Origin: the human T2T-CHM13v2.0 reference genome, Homo sapiens
Length of the DNA: 64,000 nt
Assembly: GCF_009914755.1 (NCBI RefSeq)
Contig: NC_060946.1
Strand: one strand, 5' to 3'
Below are positions 27,550 to 45,500 of this stretch, in pieces (the first letter of the stretch is position 1; each line of letters begins with the position of its first letter). Below the pieces are notes generated by a model. The model worked only from the letters and a program-made list of their open reading frames with translations. It did no database searches and had not been told where the DNA came from. The position numbers were made by a program, and so were the translations under genes.

Positions 27550-28455
27550 GGAGAGGAACCAAGATGGCCGAATAAGAACAGCTCCGGACTACAGCACCCT
27601 GTGTGAGCAACGCAGAAGACGGGTGATTTCTGCATTTCCATCTGAGGTACCGGGTTCATCTCACTAGTGAGTGCCAGACAGTGGGAGCAGGTCAGTGGGT
27701 GTGCGCACTGTGCAGGAGCCAAAGCAGGGTGAAGCATTGCCTCACTCAGGAAGGACTAGGGGTCAGGGAGTTCTCTTTCCTAGTCAAAGAAATGGGTGAC
27801 AGACGGCACCGAGAATTCAGGTCACTCCCACCCGAATACTGTGCTTTTCCCATGGGGTTAAAAAATGCCACACGAAGAGATTATATCCCGCACCTGGCTC
27901 GGAGGGTCCTACGCCTACGGAGTCTCACTGATTGCTAGCACAGCTGTCTGAGATCAAACTGCAAGGAGGCAGTGAGGCTAGGGGAGGGGCGCCCGCCATT
28001 GCCCAGGCTTGCTTAGGTAAACAAAGCAGCTGGGAAGCTCGAACTGGGTGGAACCCACCTCGGCTCAAGGAGGCCTGCCTGCCTCTGTAGGTTCCACCTC
28101 TGGGGGCAGGACACAGACAAACAAAAAGACAGCAGTAACCTCTGCAAACTTAAGTGTCCCTGTCTGACAGCTTTGAAGACAGCAGTGGTTCTCCCAGCAC
28201 GCAGCTGGAGATCTAAGCATGGGAAGACTGCCTCCTCTACTGGGGCCCTGACCCCTGACCCCTGAGCAGCCTAACTGGGAGGCACCCACCCAGCAGGGGC
28301 AGACTGACACCTCACATGGCCAGGTACTCCAACAGACGTGCAGCTGAGGGTCCTGTTTGTTAGAAGGAAAACTAACAAACAGAAAGGACACCCACAGCAA
28401 AAACCCATCAGTACCTCACCATCATCAAAGACCAAAAGTAGATAAAACCACAAAG
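27550..28455 (+). promoter_or_regulatory. L1 5'UTR internal Pol II promoter (sense and antisense), CpG-eroded; YY1 motif retained
   Basis: The YY1 site caagatggccg is at 27560-27570. This is the GC-rich island of the window, with many CpG->TpG/CpA changes relative to the L1 consensus. Confidence 0.8.
27925..27999 (-). pseudogene. L1 ORF0 remnant, truncated at codon 25
   Basis: The antisense ATG at 27999 (gcccgccat on +) reads MAGAPPLASLPPCSLISDSCASNQ then TGA. ORF0 consensus continues MAGAPPPASLPPCSLISDCCASNQR..., so this is a CGA->TGA change. Confidence 0.8.
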
Positions 28456-29473
28456 ATGGGGAAAAAACAGAGCAGAAAAACTGGAAACTCTAAAAAGCAG
28501 AGCGCCTATCCTCCTCCAAAGGAATGCAGTTCCTCACCAGCAACGGAACGAAGCTGGATGGAGAATGACTTTGACTAGCTAAGAGAAGAAGGCTTCAGAT
28601 GATCAAATTACTCTGAGCTACAGGAGGACATTCAAACCAAAGACAAGCAAGTTGAAAACGTTGAAAAAAATACAGAAGGTTGTATAACTAGAATAACCAA
28701 CACAGAGAAGTGCTTAAAGGAGCTGATGGAGCTGAAAGCCAAGGCTCGAGAAGTACATGAAGAATGCAGAAGCCTTAGGAGCTGATGTGATCAACTGGAA
28801 GAAAGGGTATCAGCAATGGAAGATGAAGTGGATGAAATGAAGCAAGAAAGGAAATTTAGAGAAAAAAGAATAAAAAAGAAATGAACAAAGCCTCCAAGAA
28901 ATATGGGACTATGTGAAAAGACAAAATCTACGTCTGATTGTTGTACCTGAAAGTGACGGGGAGAATGGAACCAAGTTGGAAAACACTCTGCAAGATATTA
29001 TCCAGGAGAACTTCCCCAATCTAGCAAGGCAGGCCAACATTCAGATTCAGAAAATACAGAGAATGCCACAAAGATACTCCTTGAGAAGAGCAACTCCAAG
29101 ACACATAATTGTCAGATTCACCAAAGTTGAAATGAAGGAAAAAATGTTAAGGGCAGCCAAAGAGAAAGGTCGGGTTACCCTCAAAGGGAAGCCCATCAGA
29201 CTAAGAGCAGATCCCTCAGTAGAAACTCAATAAGCCAGAAGAGATTGGGGGCCAATATTCAACATTCTTAAAGAAAAGAATTTTCAACCCAGAATTTCAT
29301 ATCCAGCCAAACTAAGCTTCATAAGCAAACGAAAAATAAAATACTTTACAGACAAGCAAACGCTGAGAGATTTTGTCACCACCAGGCCTGCCCTAAAAGA
29401 GCTCCTGAAGGAAGCACTAAATATGGAGAGGAAAAACCGATACCAGCCACGGCAAAATCATGCCAAAATGTAA
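28456..29473 (+). pseudogene. L1 ORF1p (RNA-binding/chaperone), disrupted
   Basis: ATG at 28456 gives MGKKQSRKTGNSK. There is a premature TAG at 28576-28578, further stops, an extra A in the A-run near 28872-28877 and a TAA at 29231-29233. The RRM fragment NLRLIVVPESDGENGTKLENTLQDIIQENFPNL is recognisable. The natural end is catgccaaaatgtaa at 29473. Confidence 0.95.
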
Positions 29474-29536
29474 AGACCATCATGACTAGGAAGAACCTGC
29501 ACCAACTAACAAGCAAAATAACCAGCTAACATCATA

Positions 29537-33360
<3,824 letters not shown>

Positions 33361-33560
33361 GCAATGAGAACACATGGACACAGGAAGGGGAACATCACAC
33401 TCTGGGGATGGATGTGGGGTAGGAGGAGGGGGGAGTGATAGCATTAGGAGATATACCTAATACTAAGTGACGAGACAATGGGCTCAGCACACCAACATGG
33501 CACATGTACACATATGTAACAAACCTGCACAATGTGCACATGTACCCTAAAACTTAAAGT

Positions 33561-33588
33561 ATAATAATAAAATAAAATAAATTAAAAC
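33561..33588 (+). other. L1 polyadenylation signal and degenerate poly(A) tail
   Basis: ataataataaaataaaataaattaaaac, with AATAAA at 33566-33571, runs directly into satellite aaaaactatacag. Confidence 0.8.
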
Positions 33589-36500
33589 AAAAACTATACA
33601 GCAGTACTCTGAGAAACTTCCTTGCAATGTGTGCACTCAACTCTCGCAGTTGAACATATCTTTGGATTGAACGGTTTTGAAAATATCTTTTTGTAGAACC
33701 TGGAATTGGATATATGGAGCCCTTTGCAGCCTATGGTGCAAAAGGAAACATCTTCACATAAAAATTACACAGAAGCGTTCTGAGAAATTTCTTGGTGATG
33801 TGTGCATTCATCTCACAGAGTTGAACATTTCTTTTGATTGTACAGCTTGAAACACTGTTTTTGTAGAATCTGCAAGTGGATATTTGGAGCGCTATGTGGC
33901 TTATTGTGGAAAAGGAAATATCTTCACATAAAAACTTCACAGAAGCATTCTGAGAAACTTCTTTGTAATGTGTGTATTCAACTCAAAGGGTGGAACCTGT
34001 CTTTTGAGAAAACAATTTTGAAACTCTTTTTGTAGAATCTGCAAGTGGATATATGTAGCCCTTTGCGGCCTACAGTGTAAAAGGAAATGTCTTCACAAAA
34101 AAACTACACAGAAGCATTCTGAGAAACTTCTTTGTGAAGGGTGCATTCATCTCACAGACTTCAACCTTTCTTTTGATTGACCAGTTTGGAAACTTTTTTT
34201 GTAGAATGTGCAAGTGGATATTTGGAACGCTTTGGGGACTATTGTGGAAAAGGAAATATCTTTACATAAAATCTACACAGAAGCATTCTGAGAAGTTTCT
34301 TTGTGATGTGTGCATTCATCTTACAGAGTTGAAACTTTCTTTTGTTTGAGCAGTTTGGAGACACTCTTTTTGTAGAATCTGCCAGTGGATATTTGGAGCC
34401 GTTTGAGGCTTATGGTGGAAAAGGAAATATCTTCAGATAAACACTAAACAGAATCATTCTGAAACACTGCTTTGTGAAGTGTGAATCCATCTCACAGAGT
34501 TGAACCTTACTTTTGATTGAGCAGTTTTGAAACGCTCTTTTTGTGGAATGTGAAAGTGGATATTTGGAGTGCTTTGAGGTCTATGGTGGAAAAACTACAA
34601 AGAAGGATTCTGAGAAACTTCTTTGTGATGTGTGCATTCAACTCACAGATTTGAACATATCTGTGGATTGAGCAGCTTTGAAACTGCCTTTTTGTGCAAT
34701 CTGCAATTGGATATTTTGAGCCCTTTGCGGCCTATGTTGGAAAAGGAAAATCTTCAGATATAAACTACACAGAAGCATTCTGAGAAACTTCTTTGTGATG
34801 TGTACATTCACCTCACAGAGTAGAACCTTTCTTTTGATTGAGCAGTTATGAAATACACTTTTTGTAGAATGTTCAAGTGGATATTTGGAGGGCTTTGAGG
34901 CCTATTGTGGAAAAGTTAATATCTACAAATAAAAACTACTCAGAATCATTCTGAGAAACTACTTTGTGATCTGCGAATTCATCTGAAAGACTTCAAAATT
35001 TCTTTTGTTTGGGCAGTATGGAAACACTCTTTTTATAGAATCTGCAAGTGAATATTTGGAGAGATTTGAGGCCTATGGCAGAAATGGAAATATCTTTACA
35101 TAAAAACTACACAAAAGCATTCTGCAAAACTTCTTTGTGATGCATGCATTCAACTCACAGAGCTAAACCTAACTTTTGATTGACCAGTTTTGAAACTCTC
35201 TTTTGTAGAATCTGCAAGTGGATATTTGGAGTGCTTTGAGGCCTACTGTGGAAAAGGGAATATACTGACATAAAAACTACACAGAAGCATTATGAGAAAC
35301 TTCTTTGTGATGTGTGCATTCATCTCACAGAGTTGAATATTTCTTTTGATTGTGCAACTTGGAAACACTGTTTTTGTAGAATCTGCAAATGGATATTTGG
35401 AGCACTATGTGGTCTATTGTGGAAAAGGAAATATCTTCACATAAAAACTTCACCGAAGCATTCTGAGAAACTTCTTTGTTATGTGTGTATTCAACTCACA
35501 GAGTTGAACCTATCTTTTGATACAGCAGTTTTGAAACTCTCTTTTTATAGAATCTGCAAATGGATATTTGGAGCCCTTTGCAGCTTACGGTGTAAAAGGA
35601 AATATCCTCACATAAAAACTATGCAGAAGCATCCTGAGAAACTACTTTGTGATGTGTGCATTCATCTCACAGAGTTGAAATTTTCTTTTGATTGTGCAGT
35701 TTGGAAACACTCTTTTTGTAGAATCTGCAGGTGGATATTTGGAGGGTTTTGAGTCCTATGGTGGTAAATGAAATGTCGTCACGTGAAAAATACACAGAGG
35801 CATTCTGAGAAAATTCTTTGTGACGTGTGGATCCACCTTCCAGAGTTGAACCTATCGTTTGATTAAGAAGTTTTGAAACTCTATTTTGTAGAACCTGCAA
35901 GTGGATATTTGGAGCCATTTGCAGCCTATGGTGTAAAAGGAAATATCTTCACTTTAAAACTACACAGAAACATTCTGAGACACTTCTTTGTGACATGTGC
36001 ATTTATCTCACAGAGTTGAACCTTTCTTTTGATTGAGCAGTTTGGAAACACTCTTTTTGTAGAATCTTCAAGTGGATATTTGGAGTGCTTTAAGGCCTAT
36101 TGTGAAAAAGGAAATATCTTCACATAAAAACTACGCAGAAACATTCTGAGTAACTTCTTTGTGATGTGTGCATTCATCTGACAGAGTCGAACCTCTCTTT
36201 AGATTGAACAGTTTGGACTCTCTTTTTGTAGAATCTGCAATTTAATATTTGGAGCACTTTGAGGCCTACGGTGGAAAAGGAAATATCTTCACATAAAAAC
36301 TACACAAAACTATTGTGAGAAACTTCTTTGTGGTGTGTGCATTCAACTCACAGGGTTGAACTTATCTTTTGGTTGACCAGTTTTGAAACTCTCTTTTTGT
36401 AGAATCTGCAAGTGGATATTAGGAAACCCTTGTGGCCTATGGTGGAAAAGGTAATATCTTCACATAAAAAGTACACAGAAGCATTCTGAGAAACTCTTTG

Positions 36501-39500
36501 TAATGTGAGCATTCATCTCACAGATTTGCACCTCTGTTTTGATTGAGCAGTTTCAATCTGCAAGTGTATATTTGGAGCGTTTTGTGGATATGGTAGAAAA
36601 GGAAATATCTTCTCATAAAAAGTACACAGAAGCATTCTGAGAAACTTCTTTGTGATGTATTCATTCTATTCACAGAGTTGAACCTATTTTTTGATAGAGT
36701 GGCTTTGAAACTGTCTTTTTCAATAACCCGCAAGTGGATATTGGGAGCCCTATGCGGCCTAATATGGAAAAGGAAATATCTTCACAAAAAAACTACACAG
36801 AAGAATTTTGAGAAACTTCTTTGTGATGTGTGCATTCCTCTCAGAGTGTTGAACGTTTCTATTGATTGCGCAGTTTGGAAACACTCTTTTTGCAGAATGT
36901 GCAAATTGCTATTTGTAGCACTTTGAGGCCTCTGGTGGAAAAGGAAATATCTTCACATAAGAAATACCCAGAAGCATTCTGAGAAACTTCTCTGTGATCT
37001 GTGCATTCAACTCAGAGGGTTGAATCTATCTTTTGATTGAGCATTTTGAATCTCTCTTTCTGTGGAATCTGCAAGTGGATATTTGGAGCCCTTTGCGGCC
37101 TATGGTGGAAAAAGAAATATCATCACATAAAAACTACACAGAAGCATTCTGAGAAACTTTTTGTGATGTGTGCATTCATCTCACGGGGTTGAACCTATCT
37201 TTTCATTGAGCAGTTTTGAAACTCACCTTTTGAAGAATCTGGAATGGGTATTTGGAGGCCTTTGTGGCATATGGTGCAAAAGGAAATATCTTCACATAAA
37301 AACTACACAGAAGCATTCTGAGAAACTTCTTTGTGATGTGTGCATTCAACTCACAGAGTTGAAGCTACCTTTGATTGAACAGTTTTGAATCTCTCTTTTT
37401 GTAGAATCTGCAAGTGGATATTTGGAGCCCTTTGCAGCCTATAGTGGAAAAGGAAGTATCTTCACATAAAAACTACACAGAAGCATTCTGAGAAACTTCT
37501 TGGTGTTGTGTGCATTCATCTCACACACTTGAACCTATCTTTTGATTGAGCAGTTTTGATACTCTCTGTTGGTAGAATCTGAAATTGGATATCTGGAGTG
37601 CTTTGGTGCCTATTGTGGAAAAGGAAATATCTTCACAAAAAAATTACATGAAAACATTCTGAGAAACTTCTTTGTGATGTATGCATTCATCTCACAGAGT
37701 TGAACCTTTCTGTCAATTCAGCAGTTTTCACATTCTTTTTGTAGAATCTGCAAGTGGATATTTGGAGCACTTTGAGGCCTATTGTGGAAAAGGAAATATT
37801 TTCACAGAAAAATTACACAGAAGCATTCTGAGGAAGTTCTTTGTGATATGTACATTTATCTGACAGTGTTGGACATTTCTTTTGTTTGAGCAGTTTGGGA
37901 TCTCTCTTTTTGTGGAATCTGCAAGTGGATATTTGGAGAGTCTTGAAGCCTATGGTGTAAAAGTAAGTATCTTCACATAAAAACTATACAGAAGCAGTCT
38001 GAGAAAATTCTTTGTGGTGTGTGCATTCTTCTCACAGATTTGAACCTATCTTATGATTGAGCAGTTTTGAGACACTCTTTCTGTAGAAACTGCAAGTGGA
38101 TATTTGGAGCGCTTTGAGGCCTGTTGAATAAAAGGAACTATCTTCATATAAAAACTACACAGAATCATTGTGAGAAACTTGTTTGTGATGAGTGCATTCA
38201 TAACACATAGTTGAACCTATCTTTTGATTCAGTAGTTTTGAATCTCTCTTTTTGTAGAATCTGCAGGTAGATATTTGGAGCCCTTTTCAACCTACTGTGG
38301 AAAAGGAAATATCTTGAAATAAAAACTACATGGAAGCCTTCTGAGAATGTTCTTTGTGATGAGTGCATTCATCTCACAGTGTTGAACCTTTCTTTTGGTA
38401 GAGGAGTTTTGAAACACTGTTTTTGAAAAATTTGCAAGAGGATATTTTGAGTGATTTGAGGCCTATTGTGGACAAGTAAATATGTTCACATAAAAACTAT
38501 AAATAGGCATTCTGAGTAACTTCATTTAATGTGTGCATTCATCGTACAGAGTTGAAACTGTCTTGTGATTGAGCAGTTTTGAAACACTCTCCTTGTATAA
38601 TCTTCAATTTGATATTTGAAGTGCTTTGAGGCTTATTGTGGAAAAGAAATATGTTCACATAAAAACTGCACAGAAGCATTCTGAGAATCTTCTTGGTGAT
38701 GTGTGCATTCATCTCACAGAGTTGAACATATCTTTTGATTCAGTAGTTTTGAATCTCTCTTTTTGTAGAATCTGCAGGTAGATATTTGGAGCCCTTTTCA
38801 ACCTACTGTGGAAAAGGAAATATCTTGAAATAAAAACTACACGGAAGCCTTCTGAGAATGTTCTTTGTGATGTGTGCATTCATCTCACAGTGTTGAACCT
38901 TTCTTTTGGTAGAGCAGTTTTGAAACACAGTTTTTGAAAAATCTGCAAGAGGATATTTTGAGCGCTTTGATGCCTACTGTGGAAAAGTAAATATTTTCAC
39001 ATAAAAACTACGCAGAGGCATTCTGAGTAACTCCTTTGTGATGTGTGCATTTATCTCACAGAGTTGAACCTTCCTTTTGATTGAGCAGATTTGAAACACT
39101 CTTTCTGTTAATCTTCAAGTGGATATTTTGAGCACTTTGAGGACTATAGTGGGAAAGGAAATATCTTCACATAAAAACTACACAGAAGCATTCTGAGAAA
39201 CTTCTTTGTCATGTGAGCATTCAACACACAGAGTTGAACCTATCTTTTGAAAGAGCAGTTTTGAATCGCTCTTTTTGTAGAATCTGCAAAAGGATATTTG
39301 AATACCTTGTGGTCTATGGAGGAAAAGGAAATATCTTCAAATAAATACTACACAGAAGCATTCTGAGAAACTTCTTTGTGATGTGTGCATTCATCCCACA
39401 GACTTGAAACTATCTTATGATTGAGCAGTTTTGAAACACTCTCTTTGTAGAATCTGAAAGTGGTTACTTGGGGCACTCTGGGTCCTAATGTGGAAAACGA

Positions 39501-42500
39501 AATATCTTTACATAGAAACTACACAGAAGGATTCTGAGAAACTACTTTGTGATGTGTGCATTCATTTGACAGAGTTGAACCTTTCTTTAGATTGAGCAGT
39601 TTCTAAACACAGTATTTGTAGAATCTGCAAGTGGATATTTGGAGCCCTTTGAGCCCTACTGTGGAAAAACAAATATCGTCACATAAAAAACACAGAGGCA
39701 TTCTGAGAAACTTCTTTGTGACGTGTGCACTCATCTCACAGTGTTGAAACTTTCTTTTGATTGAGGAGTTTTGAAACACTGTTTTTGTAGAATCTGCAAG
39801 AGGATATTTGGAGCACTTTGAGGCTTACTGAAGAGAAGGAAATAATTTCACATAAAAACTACTCTGAAATATTCTGAGAAACTAATTTGTGATGAGTGCA
39901 TTCATCACACAGATTTGAACTTTTCTTTTGATTGAGCAGTTTTGAAACTCTCCTTTTGTGGAACCTGCAAGTGGATATTTGGAGGGATTTTAGGCCTATT
40001 TTGGAAAAGGAAGTATCTTCACATAAAAACAACACAGAAGCATTCTGAGAAACTTCTTTGTGATGTGTGCATTCAACTCCAGAGGTGAACCTATCTTTTG
40101 ATTGAACAGTTTTAAATTTCACTTTTTTTATTATCTGCAAGGGGACATATGGATCCATTTGTGGCCTATGGTGCAAAAGAAAATATCTTCAAATAAAAGC
40201 TACACAGAAGCATCTGAGAAACTTCTTTGTGATGTGTGCATTCATCTCACAGGGTTGAACCTATCTTATCATTGAGCAGTTTTGAAACACTCTTTTTGTA
40301 GAATCTGCAAGTGGATATTTGGAGTGCTTTGAGGCCTACTTTGGGAAAGGAAATATCTTCACATAAAAACTACACAGCAGCATTCTGGGAAACTCCCTTG
40401 TGATGTGTGCATTCATCTCCCAGAGTCGAATCTGTCTTTTGTTTGAGCAGATTTGAAACACTCTTTTTGTAGAAACAGCAAGTGCATGTTTGGTGGGCTT
40501 TGAGGCCTATTTTGGAAAAGGAAATATCTTCACACAAAAACCACATAGAAGCATTCTGAGAAACTCCTTTGTGATGCGTGCATTCAACTCACAGTCTTGA
40601 AGCTATCTTTTGATTGAGCAGTTCTGGATCTCTCTTTTTCTAGAATCTGGAAGTGGATATTTGGAGCCCTTTGTGGTCTATGGAGGAAAAGAAAATATCT
40701 TCAAATAAAAACTACACAGAAGCATTCTCAGAAACTTCTAGGTGATGTGTGCATTCATCTCACAGAGTTGAACCTGTCTTTTCACTAAGCAGATTTCAGA
40801 CACTCTTTTTGTAGAATCGGCAAGTGGATATTTGGTGGGCTTTGACGCTTTTTGGAAAGGAAATATCTTCACATAAATACTACACAGAAGCTTTCTGAGA
40901 AACTTCCTTGTCATATATGCATTCATCTCCCAGAGATAAAACTTTCTTTTGATTGAGCAGCTTTGAAGCACTCATTTGTAGAATCTGCAAGTGGATATTT
41001 GGAGACCTTTGTGGCTTATGGTGGAAAGAGAAATACCTTCACATAAAAACTACACAGAAGCATTCTGAGAAACTTCTTTGTGATGTGTGCATTCAACTCA
41101 CAGCCTTGAACCTATCTCTTGATTGAGCAGTTTTGGATCTCTCTTTTTCTAAAATCTGCAAGTGGATATTTGGAGCCCTTTGCGGTCCTTGGCGGCAAAG
41201 GAAATATCTTCAAACAAAAACTACACAGAAGCACTCTGAGAAACATCTTGATGATGTGTGCATTCAAATCACAGAGGTGAACTTATCTTATGATTGAGCA
41301 GTTTTGAAACACTCTCTTTGTAGAATCTGAAAGTGGATACTTGGAGCACTTTGAGTGTTATTGGGGAAAAGGAAATATCTTCAAATAAAAACTAGACAGA
41401 AGCATTCTGAGAAACTTCTTTGTGATGTGTGCATTCATCTCTCACAGTTGAAACTTTCTTTTGATTGAGAAGTTTTGAAACACTCTTTTTGTAGAATCTG
41501 CAAGTGGATATTTGGAGCGCTTTGATGCCTACTTTGGAAAAGCAATTATCTTTACTTAAAAACTACACAGAAGCATTCTGAGAAAACTTTGTGATGTGTG
41601 CATTCATCTCACACAGTTGAAACATTCTTTTGATTGGGCAGTTTTGAAACACTCTTTCTGTAGAATCTGCAAGTGGATATTTTGAACATTTTGAGGCCTA
41701 TAGTGGAAAATGAAATATCTTCACATAAAAACTACACAGAATCATTCTGAGAAACATCTTTGTCATGAGAATATTCATCTCACAGAGTTGAACCTATCTT
41801 TTCAAAAAGCAGCTTTGAATCTCTCTTTTTGTAGAATCTGCAAGAAGATATTTGTAGTCCTTTGCAGCATATGGCGGAAAAGGAAATATCTTCAAATAAA
41901 TACTACACAGAACCATTCTGAGAAACTTCTTCATGGTGTGTGCATTCATCCCACAGACTTGAAACTATCTTATGATTGAGCAGTTTTGAAACACTCTCTT
42001 TGTAGAATCTGAAACTGGATACTTGGAGTGCTGTGGGTCCTATTGTGGAAAAGGAAATATCTTCACATAAAAACTACACAGAGGCATTCTGAGAAATTTC
42101 TTTGTGATGTGTGCATTCATCTCACAGAGTTGAAATTTCTTTTGATTTAGCAGTTTTAAAACACTGTTTTTGTGGATCTGAAAGTGGATATTTGGAGCGC
42201 TTTGAGGCCTATTGTGGAAAAGGAAATAATTTCACATAAAAACTACACTGAAACATTCTGAGAAACTAATATGTGATGAGTGCATTCATCACACAGAGTT
42301 GAACCTTTCTTTTGACTGAGCAGTTTTAAAACACTCTTTTTGTAGAATCTGCAAGTGGATATTTGGAGGGCTTTGAGGTCTATTTTGGAAAAGGAAATAT
42401 CTTCACATAAAAACTACACAGGAGCATTCTGAGAAACATCTTTGTGATGTGTGCATTTAACTCACAGAGTTGAACCTATCTTTTGATTGAACGGTTTTGA

Positions 42501-45500
42501 ATCTCACTTTTTTTATTTATCTGCAAGTGGATATTTGGTGCCCTTTGCAGCGTACAGTGGAAAAGGAAATATCTTCAAATAAAAACTCACAGAAGCATTC
42601 TGAGAAACTTCTATGTGATGTGTGCCTTAATATCACAGAGTTGAACCTATGTTATTATTGAGCAGTTTGGAAACACTATTTTTGTAGAATCTGCAAGTGG
42701 ATATTTGGAGTACTTTGAGGCATATGGTGTAAAAGGAAATATCTTCACATAAAAACTACACAGAAGCATTCTGAGAAACTTCCTGGTGATGTGGGCCTTC
42801 ATCTCCCAGAGTTGAAACTTTCTTTTGATTGAGCAGCTTAGAAACACTCTTTTTGTAGAATCTGCAAGTGGATATTTGGAGCCCTTTGTTTCTTATGGTG
42901 GTGAAGGAAATATCTTCACATAGAAACTACACAGAATCATTCTGAGAAACTTCATTTTGATGTGTGAATTCATCTCACAGAGTTGAACCTATATTATGGC
43001 TTAGCAGTTTTCAAACGCTCTCTTAGAAAAATCTGCAAGTGGATCCATGGAACGATTTGAGGCATATTGTGGAAAAGGAAATATGTTCACATAAAAACTA
43101 CACAAAAGCCTTCTGAGAAAGTACTTTGTGATGTGTGCATTCAACTCACAGAGTCTAATCTGTCTTTTGATTGAGCAGTTTTGAAATACTGTTTTTGTAG
43201 AATCTGTAAGTGGATATTTGTTGGGCTTTGAGGCATATTTTGGAAAAGGAAATATCCTCACATAAAAACTACACAGAAGCATTCTGAGAAACTTCTTTGT
43301 GACGTGTGCATTCAACTCAATGTCTTGAACCTATCTTTTGATTGAGCAGTTTTGGATCTCTCTTTTTCTAGGATCTGCACGTGGATATTTGGAGCCCTTT
43401 GCTGTGCATGGAGGCAAAGGAAACATCTTCAAATAAAAACTACACAGAAGCATTCTGAGAAACCTCTTTGTGATATGTGCATTCAACTCACAGAATTGAA
43501 CTTATCTTTTGCTTGAGCCGTTTTGAATGTCTCCTTTTGTAGAATCTGCAAGTGGATATTTGGAGCCCTTTGTAGCCAATTGAGAAAAAGGAAATATCTT
43601 TAAATAAAAACTACACAGAAGCATTCTGAGAAACTTCTTTGTGATGTGTACATTCAACTCACAGAGTTGCACCTATCTTTTTATTGAGCAGTTTTGAATT
43701 TTGCTTTCTGTAGAATCTGCAAGTGGATTTTTGAAGCCCTTTGCAGTCTATGGAGGAAAAGGAAATATCCTGAAATAAATACTACACAGAAGCATTCTGA
43801 GAAACTTCTTTGTGATGTGTCCATTCATCTTATAGATTTGAACCTATCTTATGATTGAGCAGTTTTGAAACACTCTCTTTGTAGAATCTGCAAGTGGATA
43901 CTTGGAGGGATTTCAAGCCTGTTGTGGAAAAGGAAATATCTTCACATAAAAACTGCACAGAAGCACTCTGAGCAACTTCTTTGTGATGTGTGCATTCATC
44001 TCACAGAGATGAACCTTGCTTTTGATTGTGCAGTTTTGAAACACTGTTTTTGTAGAATCTGCTACTGAATATTTGGAGCCCTTTGCAGCCTATATTGGAA
44101 AAGGAAATATCTTCAGATAGAAACTACAGAGAAAAATTCTGAGAAACTTATTTGTGATATGTGCATTCAACTCACAGAGTTGAACTTTTGTTTTGATTGA
44201 GAAGTTTTGAAACACTCTTTTTGTAGAAACTGCAAGTTGATATTTGGAGCCCTTTGCGGCATATGTTAAAACAGGAAATACCTTCACATAAAAACTACAC
44301 AGCAGCATTCTGAGAAACTTCTCTGTGATGTGTGCATTCATCTCACAGAGTTGAAACTTTCTTTTGTTTGAGCAGTTTTGAAACACTCCTTTTGTAGAAT
44401 CTGCAAGTGGATATTTGGAGCGCACTGAAGCCTGTTGTAGAAAAGGAAATATCTTCACATAAAAACTACACAGAATCATTCTGAGAAAATACTTTGTGAT
44501 GTCTGCATTCAACTCACAGAGCTGAATGGATTTTTTGATTGAGCAGTTTTGAAACTCTCTTTTTGTAGAATCTGGAAGTGGGTATGTGGAGCCGATTGTG
44601 GCCTATGGTGGAAAAGGAAATATGTTCACATAAAACCTACGCAGAAGCATTCTGAGAAACTTCTTTGTGTTGTGTGCATTCATCTCAAATAGTTGAACAT
44701 TTCTTTTGATTGAGCAGTTTGGAAACACACTTTTTGTAGAATCTTCAAGTGGATATTTAGAGAGCTTTGAGGCCTCCAGTGGAAAAGGAATTATCTTCAA
44801 TTAAAAACTACACAGAAGGATTCTGAGAAACTTCTTTGTGATTTGTGCACTCATCTCACAGAGTTGAACATTTCTTATGATTGTGCAGTTTTGAAACCCT
44901 GTTTTTGTAGAATCAGCAAGTAGATATTTGGAGATATTTGAGGTCTATTGTGGAAAAGGAAATATCTTCACATAAAAACTTCACAGAAGCATTCTGAGAA
45001 ATTCTTTTGTGATGTGTGCATTCAACTGACAGAGTTGAACCTGTTTTCATTTAGCAGTTTTGAAACTTTCTTTTCGTAGAATCTGGAAGTGGGTATTTGA
45101 AGCCGTTTGTGTCCTATGGTGGAAAAGGAAATAACTTCACATAAAAACTACACAGAAGCATTCTGAGGAACTTCTTTGTGATGGGTGCATTCTTCTCACA
45201 AGGTTGAAACTACGTTTTGATTGAGCAGTTTTGAATTTCTCTTTTTGTAGAATCTTAAAGAGAACATTTGGAGCCCTTTGCGGCCTATGGTGGAAAAGGA
45301 AATATCTTCCCATAAAAACTACACAGAAGCATTCTGAGAAACTTCTTTGTGATGTGTGCATTCATCTCACGGAGTTGAAACTTTCTTTTGATTGAGCAGA
45401 TTGAAAAACTCTTTTTGAAGAATCTGCAAGTGGATATTTGGAGAGCTTTCAGACCTATTGTGGAAAAGGAAGTATCTTCCCATAAAAACTACACAGAAGC

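Noticed and set aside
33404-33436. G-rich tract in the L1 3'UTR as a G-quadruplex element
   Set aside because: It is a standard L1 feature and here is eroded (ggggatggatgtggggtaggaggagggggg). It is not novel.
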